DNA from: an uncultured Leptospiraceae bacterium | Lineage (GTDB): Bacteria; Spirochaetota; UBA4802; UB4802 | Assembly: GCA_964345775.1 (NCBI GenBank) | Contig: CAYFSO010000005.1 | Span: forward strand, 1 to 54,931 | Direction of reading: 5' to 3' | DNA length: 54,931 bases | Shown: piece by piece, positions 40,747 through 50,077 of the stretch | Layout of the letters: the number at the start of each line of letters is the position of its first letter | Numbering within the stretch: the first letter of the stretch is position 1 | The notes under the pieces: generated by a model | What the model saw: the letters and a program-made list of their open reading frames with translations, nothing else | Told to the model about the DNA's origin: nothing | Database searches by the model: none | Translations under genes and position numbers: made by a program

Positions 40747-41520
40747 TCATCCTCCCTTTCTCACCTTCTGAAAGTAAGGTTCGTATATCTCAAGACTTGT
40801 CTCAAGCAGTTCGGTCACCCCGTTACCGGTAAGGGTGGCACCGCTTATGCCGTCAACCTTGTGTTCCCTGTTCTTCGTACCGGGCTGCAATTTCCCCTTT
40901 ACAACCTCTATTGAAACCAGGTCCCCGTTTTCGTCGCGTATTTTCTTCCCCTTGAAGCTCTCCTGGAACCATCGCGACTGTATCTCCGCGCCAAGTCCCG
41001 GGGTTTCTCCCTGCTTGTAAAAAGCTATACCGTGTACCGTGTTCATATCAGGTTTCAGGGCAATGTACCCGTAAATAGTTGACCACAACCCCTTACCAAC
41101 CACGGGTACGCAGTATGCCATCACCTTCCCGTTTTCCACCCGCTTGAATACGGGCAGTTTCCGTTCTTCCGGGGAAAGTTTTTTCTGCTTTTCAAGACTT
41201 ATCCGGAAAGGCGGCTTCTCAACCTTTTCCTTTTCTAACAGGTTTCCCCGGTGATCCACAACAAGTGACTCAATGTACTGGTCAAAGCAGCATTGCGTAT
41301 CGACGCATTCCTTTTGCGTACGATGTTCCATTGCTTCACGCTGGTTAAGTGGACACTCCCGCAGGCCAGTGGCGATAAGAATATTATACTTTATATCTGC
41401 TTCGAGCTGCAACCGCTGTTTCTCATCCAGTGATTCAGATATAACCGATAAGAGCAGCGAAAACAATGCCGCTACCAGGAGGGCAAAAAATATTGTATAT
41501 ACATTGCTGTCACGCCGCAC
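40747..41520 (-). CDS. nqrC: Na+-NQR subunit C
   Basis: GKGLWS, ETPGLG, VDGISGATLT FMN-attachment site. Confidence 0.95.
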   Translation of the reverse strand: MRRDSNVYTIFFALLVAALFSLLLSVISESLDEKQRLQLEADIKYNILIATGLRECPLNQREAMEHRTQKECVDTQCCFDQYIESLVVDHRGNLLEKEKVEKPPFRISLEKQKKLSPEERKLPVFKRVENGKVMAYCVPVVGKGLWSTIYGYIALKPDMNTVHGIAFYKQGETPGLGAEIQSRWFQESFKGKKIRDENGDLVSIEVVKGKLQPGTKNREHKVDGISGATLTGNGVTELLETSLEIYEPYFQKVRKGG

Positions 41521-42679
41521 GTCGCATTCTCCTTCTCATGTTGGTCCTTATCACCCCGTAATCAATGAGAGGGGCGAAAAGATTCATGAACAGTATCGAA
41601 AGCATCATTCCCTCCGGGAATGCCGGGTTCATAACCCGTACCACTATTGCAAGGGCACCGATAAGGAACCCGTATATGTATTTCCCTGTATTCGTATTTG
41701 AAGCTGAAACAGGATCAGTTGCCATGTAGACCGCGCCAAACGCAAACCCTCCCATAACAAAATGATAGTGCGGGGGCAGTGCCATGAGGCTGTCCGCAGA
41801 AGGTGCCACAAGATTGAACAGCATGGCAACCGCAGCTCCCCCGGCAAACACTGAAAGCATTATCCTCCAGCTTCCCACCCCGGTAATGATCAGTAGCAGT
41901 GCACCCAGCATGATCAAGAGGGTAGAGGTCTCCCCGATGCTCCCGGGGATGTATCCCAGGAACATGTTCTGCAGCGTGTATCCATGGCCTTGAAGAGTGG
42001 CAACAATGTCACTACTGGCACTCATGCTGGCCGAAAGTGGGGTTGCCATGGTATACGCATCAACTGCCTTTCCATCCAGGAGGGTCCAGACAGTATCTCC
42101 GGATATGGCCTGGGGGTATGCGAAAAATATGAAAGCCCGTGCCACAAGTGCCGGGTTAAATACGTTCATACCGGTACCACCGAACACTTCCTTACCCATT
42201 ACAACGCCGAAAGAAGTTCCCGCCGCCACCATCCACAGCGGTATGGTTGGGGGCATAATGAGGGGGATAAGTGTGCCGGTAACAAAGAAACCCTCGTTGA
42301 TCTCGTGTTTCCTTACCAGCCCGAAAAGCACCTCCCAGAGACCCCCGGTTACAAAGACCACCAGGTACATTGGTATAAGTACAATTGCTCCCCGCACAAA
42401 ACATTCAATGACCTGTGGGTCCATACCCCGGGAAAGGTAATACTGGTGCCCGATATTATACATGCCGAATATGATGGTGGGAAATATGGCAAGCACCACT
42501 GTCATCATCATTCGCTTTATGTCAAATGCATCACGAACATGTGCGCCATCCCTGGTTCTCACCGGGAGACGGTAGAGAAAAGTTTCCGTGGCGTCGAAAA
42601 GGGGCCATATGTTATAGAACTTTCCCCCTTCTTCAAACTGTTCTTTCACACCTTTAAACCTGTCGGACAGCCACTTCAC
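41510..42679 (-). CDS. nqrB: Na+-NQR subunit B
   Basis: HVRDAFDIKRMM, HEINEGF, KEVFGGTG, GSIGETS, MATDPVS; GTG start. Confidence 0.96.
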   Translation of the reverse strand: MKWLSDRFKGVKEQFEEGGKFYNIWPLFDATETFLYRLPVRTRDGAHVRDAFDIKRMMMTVVLAIFPTIIFGMYNIGHQYYLSRGMDPQVIECFVRGAIVLIPMYLVVFVTGGLWEVLFGLVRKHEINEGFFVTGTLIPLIMPPTIPLWMVAAGTSFGVVMGKEVFGGTGMNVFNPALVARAFIFFAYPQAISGDTVWTLLDGKAVDAYTMATPLSASMSASSDIVATLQGHGYTLQNMFLGYIPGSIGETSTLLIMLGALLLIITGVGSWRIMLSVFAGGAAVAMLFNLVAPSADSLMALPPHYHFVMGGFAFGAVYMATDPVSASNTNTGKYIYGFLIGALAIVVRVMNPAFPEGMMLSILFMNLFAPLIDYGVIRTNMRRRMRRAA

Positions 42680-42683
42680 CTGT

Positions 42684-44039
42684 TCATCCTTCCTTCTGTA
42701 TTAGTTCAATGCCTTCCCTGAGTATCTTCTGCCAGCTTATCTTTGAGGGGCAGATGAATTCACACACTGCAACATCCTCTTCTGCAAGCTCGTATATACC
42801 AAGTCCTTCCATTTCGTCGATATCCTGCACGATAATGCTTTTCATCAGGAACACGGGATATATGTTCATTGGCAAAACCTTTTCATATATGCCCGTTGGG
42901 ATAAAGGCACGCACGCTGCCGTTCCTGTTGGTGTCCAGTGAAAAACGCATTTTGGGCAGAAGCCTTGAAAAGAAGGTCCTGGACATGCTCTCCTGGAAAA
43001 GGCCGGGTTTGAGCCACCCAAGCAGCTCGTAGCTTTCGGGTTCGGCGATCAGCGTTACCTGGCTGTCATGCATGCCAAGGTATCCGTCATACCCTGCATT
43101 CCTGCCTGTTAACACGTTCCCGGAGATGAACCGTGTTGTTTGCGGATCCTTAACCGACTCCACGAATGAACATATCTGCGAACCGGGAAGTGTGGTATAG
43201 TATTTCCTGTTTTTCGCTTCCGGGCCTGTCACCGCCACGGTAACTGTACTGTCAAGCTTCCCCGTTACAAACAGCTTTCCTATACGGATAACACCCTGCA
43301 GCGAACAGGTCCATACCCGGTCATTTCTTCCCCTTACAGGTGACACGTGATGGACATGCACACCCACGTTCCCGGCAGGATGAGGGCCCCTGAAAGTGTG
43401 TAGGCGTATTCCTTCCATGTCCATGAGCTCACCGGGAACCTGGCTTCTGTCGTCCACCCCAACATGTACGGAGCCTTTTGTGAGGGTTGAAAGTACCTGC
43501 AGGCCTCTTTTAAAGTAATCCTCGTTGCCCTGCATCAGCATAGATGTTCGCGGGGCCAGTGGGGAGGAATCAAACATGGATACAAATATATCCCGGGGCT
43601 CATCATCCGGGTCAGGGATAACAGCAAATGGACGCTGTTTCAATTGAAGGAACAGGCCTGACTTGAGAAGTATATCCAACACCCTGTCCCTTTCCCTTGA
43701 CGAAAGGTCACGGGAGGAGAAGGTCAATTCTGACTTCTGTGATCCTTCCCTTGCCACAACTATGGCTTCTATGACCCGGCGTTCTCCGCGGATTATATCG
43801 ACCACCCTGCCGCTTACGGGAGAAACCCCGGCCACCCTTTCATCGTTCCGGTCAAAAAAAAGCCTTGTCCCCACCTGCACCCTGTCACCGGGTTCAACCG
43901 CGTTACGTGAACTGACCCCCGTGCAGTCAACGGGTGTAAGCGCCACCTTCTCAGCCTCTCGAGCTGCCTCAATAATTTCTTCAGCCATCCCCTTCAGGCG
44001 TATATCATATCCCCTGGTAATCTTAATAATATCAGACAT
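42684..44039 (-). CDS. nqrA: Na+-NQR subunit A
   Basis: GYDIRLKG, GPHPAGNVG, ISGNVLTG, EEDVAVCEFICPSK. Confidence 0.96.
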   Translation of the reverse strand: MSDIIKITRGYDIRLKGMAEEIIEAAREAEKVALTPVDCTGVSSRNAVEPGDRVQVGTRLFFDRNDERVAGVSPVSGRVVDIIRGERRVIEAIVVAREGSQKSELTFSSRDLSSRERDRVLDILLKSGLFLQLKQRPFAVIPDPDDEPRDIFVSMFDSSPLAPRTSMLMQGNEDYFKRGLQVLSTLTKGSVHVGVDDRSQVPGELMDMEGIRLHTFRGPHPAGNVGVHVHHVSPVRGRNDRVWTCSLQGVIRIGKLFVTGKLDSTVTVAVTGPEAKNRKYYTTLPGSQICSFVESVKDPQTTRFISGNVLTGRNAGYDGYLGMHDSQVTLIAEPESYELLGWLKPGLFQESMSRTFFSRLLPKMRFSLDTNRNGSVRAFIPTGIYEKVLPMNIYPVFLMKSIIVQDIDEMEGLGIYELAEEDVAVCEFICPSKISWQKILREGIELIQKEG

Positions 44040-44090
44040 ATGTATCCTGTAATTAGAACGTATCTTTATTCTGTTATCTACGTCGCAGCA

Positions 44091-44291
44091 TTATCGCAGC
44101 ATACCTTCTCTTATAACATGCGTGTGCGCTGCATCTGCCCTGCATGTACAATTCCCACATCCCTCTTCACCCGAAAGGCCGTGTGCGCAGGTATGAGTAT
44201 ATTCCTTTTTACGCCCGGTTATAACCTGTAATGACATTGCGATTAAGAACAATGTCATAATAATAAATGTAAGTACTATTGTTGTGCTCAT
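44091..44291 (-). CDS. nqrM: NqrM-like Na+-NQR maturation protein (66 aa)
   Basis: Single TM, then RKK..TC and Cys-rich tail (GCGNCTC); first gene of the nqr operon; start ATG 44291. Confidence 0.7.
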   Translation of the reverse strand: MSTTIVLTFIIMTLFLIAMSLQVITGRKKEYTHTCAHGLSGEEGCGNCTCRADAAHTHVIREGMLR

Positions 44292-44322
44292 TTCTTTGTT
44301 CTTCCTGTTATCTTGTACATCT

Positions 44323-44351
44323 ATAGTACAATAGTTACAACATCCATTCAA
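44323..44351 (-). promoter_or_regulatory. Putative sigma-70 promoter of nqr operon
   Basis: TTGAAT-N17-TACTAT on minus strand, overlapped by TTGTAC-N7-GTACAA palindrome. Confidence 0.55.
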
Positions 44352-44414
44352 GAAAAAAAGAATTCCCTTAAATGGATTGCTATGATGAAATAACATAAAT
44401 AATGGAGGTAACCC

Positions 44415-46322
44415 ATGGTCTGGCATAATGCATACAGGCAGTTTCTTTTTATACTCATTTCTACCCTGGTACTGACATTTTCTGCCTGCGGTGGAGAAGA
44501 CGTAACGGAATTCACGGTAGTACCTGGCAGCACCCCTGCCGTACATGCCGGGCAGGATGCCTATTTTACCATTACCCTGAAGATGCCGGATGATACACAC
44601 GTCTACGCAAATCCCAAGGGGCCGGGAACCGGCAGGGCCACCACGGTATTCGTAGAACATCACGATACCATAGGTACAGGTGATCCTGTGTACCCCGAAG
44701 GGGAAAAGTACCTTTCACCCGGCGAAGACAAACCCGTTTTTATATACAACCATGGGACCTCCATTACAATACCATTTACAACGCCACCGTCAACGGCTGT
44801 GGGAAAGTATCATGTGACAGTTACCGTTGACGCACTTCTGTGCAGTGCAGGTGCATGCATGCCTGTCAGGAAAGAGGTTGTCCAGGCTGTCTCGGTTGTT
44901 CCTCCGGATCAGCCTGTCACGTCTTTTGACGAACTGACCACGGCAGGGGAAAATATTTCTATACAAACAGGCCACACCGGCAGTATCCCATCACGGGAAA
45001 AGGCCGGAATAAAGATAGAAGGGTTCAATGCCCGCTTCCTGCATGCAACACCGGTGGATACCATCATAAAGGCCATCCTCTTTGGCATTATCGCCGGCTT
45101 TATTCTGAACTTTATGCCCTGCGTGCTGCCGGTGGTCAGCCTGAAAGTGATGAACATCATTTCACATGCAGGCAGGGGAAGACGGGAAGTAACCCTTATG
45201 GGAATTCTCTTCTCGGCAGGCATTCTTGTTTCATTCGCCGCGCTGGCCATGCTGGCTTCCTTCGCAGGGTACAACTGGGGAGAATTGTTCCAGCAACAGT
45301 GGTTCCTTATCGCCATGATCACCATCATCTTTGCCATGGCCCTGTCACTGTTCGGGGTATTCACTTTCAATGTACCCTCCTTTGCCGCAAGGACCACCGC
45401 CCAGGTGGGCAATCCCTACCTGGATTCATTCCTGAAGGGTCTCCTGGCTACCCTGCTGGCCACCCCGTGCAGCGGCCCATTCCTGGGAGGAACACTTGCA
45501 TGGGCAATGCTGCAGCCGCCATACATCATATTTACCGTCTTTATGAGCATTGGCGTCGGGATGGCACTCCCCTACATGGTACTTACCCTGAGGCCCGGGC
45601 TTATGCGCTTTGTTCCCAGGCCCGGGAACTGGATGATCACCTTTGAACATGTGATGGCCTTCCTGCTTGCCGGTACGGTGATCTACCTGCTTGGCATCCT
45701 GGACCAGGCGTACCTCTACCCCATGCTCTGGTTCCTGGTGTTCATTGCACTGGGACTCTGGCAGTACGGGCGATTCGGGGGGCCGGAACAGCCGGGCAAA
45801 AAACGGCTGATCTCCCTTGTGGTACTTCTCCTGGTTGTTACCGGGGGAGAAATCATATCATTCCGCATGGTCGGCCCCTTAAAGGGATCCGGGAGCAAAG
45901 CAACCATTGAAAGCAGTGATTTCACGCTGGAGAAGTTATACCGCAACAGGGAAAACGGGGTCATCACCATGGTAAAATTCACCGCCGACTGGTGTCCCAA
46001 TTGCCGCCTCGTGGAAGCAACATCCCTGTATACGAAAAAGGTTAAAAGTGCTGTTGCAGATTATAATGTACAGCTGCTAACTGCTGACCTTACAAGGAAG
46101 GATCCTGAAGCGGAAGCACTCCTGAAGGAACTGGGAAGCAGGTCTATTCCCTTCCTTGCTGTTTTTCCACCTGGTGATGATTTTTACCGGCCTTTCGGCC
46201 TCAGGGATATTTACAGCGAGGAAGACGTTCTGGAAAGCATTCGCAAATCAGCGGTAAGCCAGTCCCTTGATGGCAATATTGAAGGTGAGAAGATCCCGGG
46301 ATTGCAGGAAATACAGATGTAA
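44415..46322 (+). CDS. dsbD: Thiol:disulfide interchange protein DsbD-like
   Basis: CSAGAC alpha domain, NFMPCVLP and ATPCSGP TM domain, FTADWCPNC thioredoxin; FSAC possible lipobox. Confidence 0.9.
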   Translation: MVWHNAYRQFLFILISTLVLTFSACGGEDVTEFTVVPGSTPAVHAGQDAYFTITLKMPDDTHVYANPKGPGTGRATTVFVEHHDTIGTGDPVYPEGEKYLSPGEDKPVFIYNHGTSITIPFTTPPSTAVGKYHVTVTVDALLCSAGACMPVRKEVVQAVSVVPPDQPVTSFDELTTAGENISIQTGHTGSIPSREKAGIKIEGFNARFLHATPVDTIIKAILFGIIAGFILNFMPCVLPVVSLKVMNIISHAGRGRREVTLMGILFSAGILVSFAALAMLASFAGYNWGELFQQQWFLIAMITIIFAMALSLFGVFTFNVPSFAARTTAQVGNPYLDSFLKGLLATLLATPCSGPFLGGTLAWAMLQPPYIIFTVFMSIGVGMALPYMVLTLRPGLMRFVPRPGNWMITFEHVMAFLLAGTVIYLLGILDQAYLYPMLWFLVFIALGLWQYGRFGGPEQPGKKRLISLVVLLLVVTGGEIISFRMVGPLKGSGSKATIESSDFTLEKLYRNRENGVITMVKFTADWCPNCRLVEATSLYTKKVKSAVADYNVQLLTADLTRKDPEAEALLKELGSRSIPFLAVFPPGDDFYRPFGLRDIYSEEDVLESIRKSAVSQSLDGNIEGEKIPGLQEIQM

Positions 46323-46327
46323 CCGGG

Positions 46328-48580
46328 TTACAGGTATTTCACCAAAAGCACCTGGTTGCCTTTCCTGTTATAGGTGACCTCGTCAAACACATTCACCGCC
46401 ATCATTATGCCCCTTCCGTGGGCATGCTCCATCTTGTTGGCATCATCATGGGCCACCTCTACCATGTACCGGTGATCGAATCCTTCACCGTCATCACTTA
46501 TTTTATAGGCAACCCTGTCCGGCTTTAACAGGTACTCGATGCCAACCCTCCTGTTCCGGTACTCGGGTTGCTGCTGCCTCCTGGCAACAAAGGTCAGGTA
46601 ATCATCTTCCATGGTTGCCGCGGTTTTTTCCTCGTAGGTTATACCCAGGTTGCCATGTTCAATGGCATTGATGATCATCTCGCGAAGGGCAATTCGCAGC
46701 AGGGTTATTTCCCTGCTGCTCATGTACTTGGAAACATTTCGCACAAGGCGGTGACTCAATTCCTCGGCCGTGGTCAGGTAATTCCCCATCTCAAAGGTCT
46801 GCCGTTCCGAGATGAAATATTCAAGCAGGGCATCTTCAATGACCGGTATTGCCTTTCCGATAATCTCGGTCCTTTCACCGATATCCACGTATTCAAAACG
46901 AACCTGCATCTCCTGCGGCTCACCCTCAATACGTGATTTCAGCTTTGCCTTGAAGATAACCGGCTTGCTGCTTACGATACATTCCTCTATCTTCTCGTAA
47001 ACCAGGTGGTTCATCACCCCATGCTCGTCCTGTCCCTCATACACAAGGTGCACAAAGGGCATCAGTGATATTTCCTCTTCCGATTTCCTTGTATATTTCA
47101 AAAACGCCCTGTTGGCAGAAATGATAAGCCCCTCGGTAGTCATGGAAAAGATAATATCTGCAGTACCGTCCACGATGATGCGGTATCGCTCTTCTGAAAG
47201 GGATATGGCGGCATTAGCCCTGTGTAACTCGTCAAGGTTATCTTCAAGCTCAACGTTGAGGGTTTCCACCATCTGGTGTACGTACAGGAACCGGTTGGCC
47301 AGGATGAGGGTGATACCAATAACAAAGGCGAAAAAACCATATTTCGTAAAGACAATCCCCTGGTTGAAGAACACAGCATCCAGGATATCAAATGCTGCCG
47401 TGCCGATAAGTACCGCCACGCCAACAACCAGGTTCCCCGGCAGAGACTCCAGAAGCGTGTTCCTCATAGCCCTCAGTGAGGGTATATTCTTCTCCTCTTC
47501 GACCTCGCTTCTCTTTCTTCGATACTCTCCCACAAAGGGTACCCCTATCCTGTAAAAGGGATAGAATACCAGGGGAACGATGGCACTGACCTGCCATATG
47601 CGCAGCACGTCGTTCATGAAGGGGACCGGGGAGACCAGGGAGAACAATATCAAAACCAGGTAAAGAATTGACAGGAACCTGGTGAACCGGCTCACCCTGC
47701 CCGTGAGCAGGGTATCGATAAATGCTCCCATCAACGGTATTATCAGGTACAGGGAGCAGTATTCAAGCCGGAGCACAAAAATGGTATCATGGAAAAATTC
47801 AAATATTGCGTATGTCCTGGAAAACAGGTAAATGAAAAGTGCGATCGAGAAAAGACCATACAACAGGTTATAATGCTCCCCCGGACGTTTCTTGAAGAGG
47901 AAAAGGTGATACAGGCCAACACCAAGATACAGGAAAAGGAGCATCAGGGTGACCCGCTCAGATCGTATCCAGTCAAGGGAGAGGATATTGCCCACAAGAT
48001 GGGGGGCTTCCCTGTACAGGCCGGTAAGCCTGTTTGTCGGATCTCCCACGATACGTATTCCAAGAACGTTACGTCCGGACTCAAGATACCTGGTATTTAT
48101 GGGAATGAGAACCTTGCGAAGGATCCTCGAAGTATCAACCTGCCCGTTCTTATCAAGATACATCTCGCTCTTGAGGAGATGCCCGTTACAGTATACCTGC
48201 CAATTCTCACCTATGTGGGCCAGGAGCACACCCTGCACGGATGATGACCGCAGGGTTTTTTCGGTTACATTGAAAGAAGTCACCAGCGTATACTGCCTTG
48301 ACGGGTATGTTCTCAGAGACAGGAAAGTTCGCCGGGGCATGTTCTCCAGGTCAAGGTCGCTTATAATGACCGGCCGCCTGCCATCCTCCTCACCCGCAAG
48401 TTTCAGCCAGTCTTCACCTTCAGGCAGTGAATACGTCCACCCTTTGGCGAAGCCCTGGCGCACGTACATGTCATTTTCATTCAGGTTTATAGTTTCGGCG
48501 GCAAGGCATACCTGGGACATTACACATATTAGACAAACTACTGTCCCCAGGGTAATAATTGCCTTTCGAAATGGAGTCAT
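46328..48580 (-). CDS. 7TM-DISM / PAS / RsbW-type HATPase signalling protein
   Basis: Periplasmic beta domain (VYCNG..GRNVLGIRI), about 7 TMs, SEERYR-PAS, EMIINAIEHGN, DDGEGFD, HGRGI. Confidence 0.85.
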   Translation of the reverse strand: MTPFRKAIITLGTVVCLICVMSQVCLAAETINLNENDMYVRQGFAKGWTYSLPEGEDWLKLAGEEDGRRPVIISDLDLENMPRRTFLSLRTYPSRQYTLVTSFNVTEKTLRSSSVQGVLLAHIGENWQVYCNGHLLKSEMYLDKNGQVDTSRILRKVLIPINTRYLESGRNVLGIRIVGDPTNRLTGLYREAPHLVGNILSLDWIRSERVTLMLLFLYLGVGLYHLFLFKKRPGEHYNLLYGLFSIALFIYLFSRTYAIFEFFHDTIFVLRLEYCSLYLIIPLMGAFIDTLLTGRVSRFTRFLSILYLVLILFSLVSPVPFMNDVLRIWQVSAIVPLVFYPFYRIGVPFVGEYRRKRSEVEEEKNIPSLRAMRNTLLESLPGNLVVGVAVLIGTAAFDILDAVFFNQGIVFTKYGFFAFVIGITLILANRFLYVHQMVETLNVELEDNLDELHRANAAISLSEERYRIIVDGTADIIFSMTTEGLIISANRAFLKYTRKSEEEISLMPFVHLVYEGQDEHGVMNHLVYEKIEECIVSSKPVIFKAKLKSRIEGEPQEMQVRFEYVDIGERTEIIGKAIPVIEDALLEYFISERQTFEMGNYLTTAEELSHRLVRNVSKYMSSREITLLRIALREMIINAIEHGNLGITYEEKTAATMEDDYLTFVARRQQQPEYRNRRVGIEYLLKPDRVAYKISDDGEGFDHRYMVEVAHDDANKMEHAHGRGIMMAVNVFDEVTYNRKGNQVLLVKYL

Positions 48581-48675
48581 AGATGCTCCCGTTCGTATAT
48601 TATAAGCTGCATGTGATACATTAACTCCGGCCTTCGTACTTACAACATTATGCCGGGTTAGTCAAAACATTTTCA

Positions 48676-49920
48676 TTATTTCAATGCACGATGGCCAATG
48701 TCTTTCCTGTAACAGGCACCTTCAAAAGAGATGGTATCAATATTACCGTACACCATGTTTGCGGCCTCCTGCAGACTGTCCGCCATGGCAGTTACATTCA
48801 GCACCCTTCCGCCGCTGGTCACGATATTCCCGCCTTCGGTTTTGGTACCCGCGTGAAATACCATCAGGTCTCCGGGTAATTCATCCAGGCCACTTATCAC
48901 CTTTCCTTTCTCATAGCTGCCGGGATATCCCCCGGATGACATGACCACCGTCATGGCGTGTTTATCCATAAAATCAAGTTCCATGCCCGACAAAGTCCCG
49001 TTAATTGAAGCCTGCAGGTAATCGCCCAGTTTCCCTTTTAACAGGGGCAGTACAACCTGTGCTTCCGGATCACCGAACCGCACGTTGAATTCAAGCACCT
49101 TGATATCCTCACCTTTTATAATGAGACCCGCATACAGTATCCCCCTGAAGGGTATACCTTCAGCCTTCATCCCTTCAACGGTGGGGATCAGCACTTCCTT
49201 CTGTACCCTTTCAAGCCGTGCAGCCGTCATCACCGGTGCCGGTGCATAGGCTCCCATTCCGCCGGTATTGGGCCCCATGTCCCCTTCATGGATCCGTTTA
49301 TGATCCTGTGCGGCAACGCAGGGAAGTACCGTTTCACCATCACAGATGCCAAGTACAGAGGCTTCTTCCCCATCAAGGAATTCCTCCACGAATACACGGG
49401 TATCCTCTTTTACCATGTTCTCTATAAACTCAAAGGCTTCATCCCTGCTCTCGGGAATACCCACACCCTTACCTGCAGCAAGCCCGTCAAGCTTTATAAC
49501 AAAAGGGAATGTATTGATACCTTTTACGTGTTCAACCAGGGCCTGTTTGCCCTTGATCTCATGGTACTGTCCAGTGGGTATGCCATACTTTTTCATGATC
49601 CCCTTTGCGAATATCTTGCTGCCTTCCAGCATGGCGGCCTTTGCCGACGGCCCGAATACCGGCACATTCCTTTCCTGCAGGTAATCGGTGATACCTTCTA
49701 CCAGTGGTACTTCCGGACCAACAACTACCACGTCTATATTTTTCTCCAGGCATGCGGAATAGATCCCCTCAAAATCGGACACTTCAACCGGTATCCTGTA
49801 TTTCTCTTCAATTCCACCGTTACCGGGTGCCACGTATACCTCGTCGGCACTTCCATCATGCAGAAGCCGCCATGACAGCACGTGTTCACGTCCTCCCGAT
49901 CCAACCACCAGGTATTTCAT
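48676..49920 (-). CDS. purD: Phosphoribosylamine--glycine ligase
   Basis: GSGGREH, GLAAGKGV, QDHKR, GPNTGGMG, EFNVRFGDPE. Confidence 0.98.
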   Translation of the reverse strand: MKYLVVGSGGREHVLSWRLLHDGSADEVYVAPGNGGIEEKYRIPVEVSDFEGIYSACLEKNIDVVVVGPEVPLVEGITDYLQERNVPVFGPSAKAAMLEGSKIFAKGIMKKYGIPTGQYHEIKGKQALVEHVKGINTFPFVIKLDGLAAGKGVGIPESRDEAFEFIENMVKEDTRVFVEEFLDGEEASVLGICDGETVLPCVAAQDHKRIHEGDMGPNTGGMGAYAPAPVMTAARLERVQKEVLIPTVEGMKAEGIPFRGILYAGLIIKGEDIKVLEFNVRFGDPEAQVVLPLLKGKLGDYLQASINGTLSGMELDFMDKHAMTVVMSSGGYPGSYEKGKVISGLDELPGDLMVFHAGTKTEGGNIVTSGGRVLNVTAMADSLQEAANMVYGNIDTISFEGACYRKDIGHRALK

Positions 49921-49993
49921 CACTACACCTCTTTAACTTGATCTTGTTCATTACCAACAATACATAACCAACTTTGGCAAGAACTTTCCTTGT

Positions 49994-50030
49994 TCACTCA
50001 TCACTTCTCACTCATCACTTCTCACTCATC
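49994..50030. repeat. Heptamer-based short tandem repeat, (TCACTCA TCACTTC)x2.6
   Basis: Read directly in the purD/acylase divergent intergenic region. Confidence 0.9.
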
Positions 50031-50042
50031 TACGTTTATCTA

Positions 50043-50071
50043 TTGATTTTTTCCCCGGCCCTGCATATAAC
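50043..50071 (+). promoter_or_regulatory. Putative sigma-70 promoter of acylase gene
   Basis: TTGATT-N17-TATAAC, very close to ATG 50078. Confidence 0.4.
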
Positions 50072-50077
50072 TGCATT

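Noticed and set aside
44292-44663. N-terminal extension of the 44091-44663 ORF
   Set aside because: Overlaps dsbD and the nqr promoter; the real gene most likely starts at 44291
49994-50030. Possible CRISPR array
   Set aside because: Repeat units are 7-14 nt with no spacers and no cas genes
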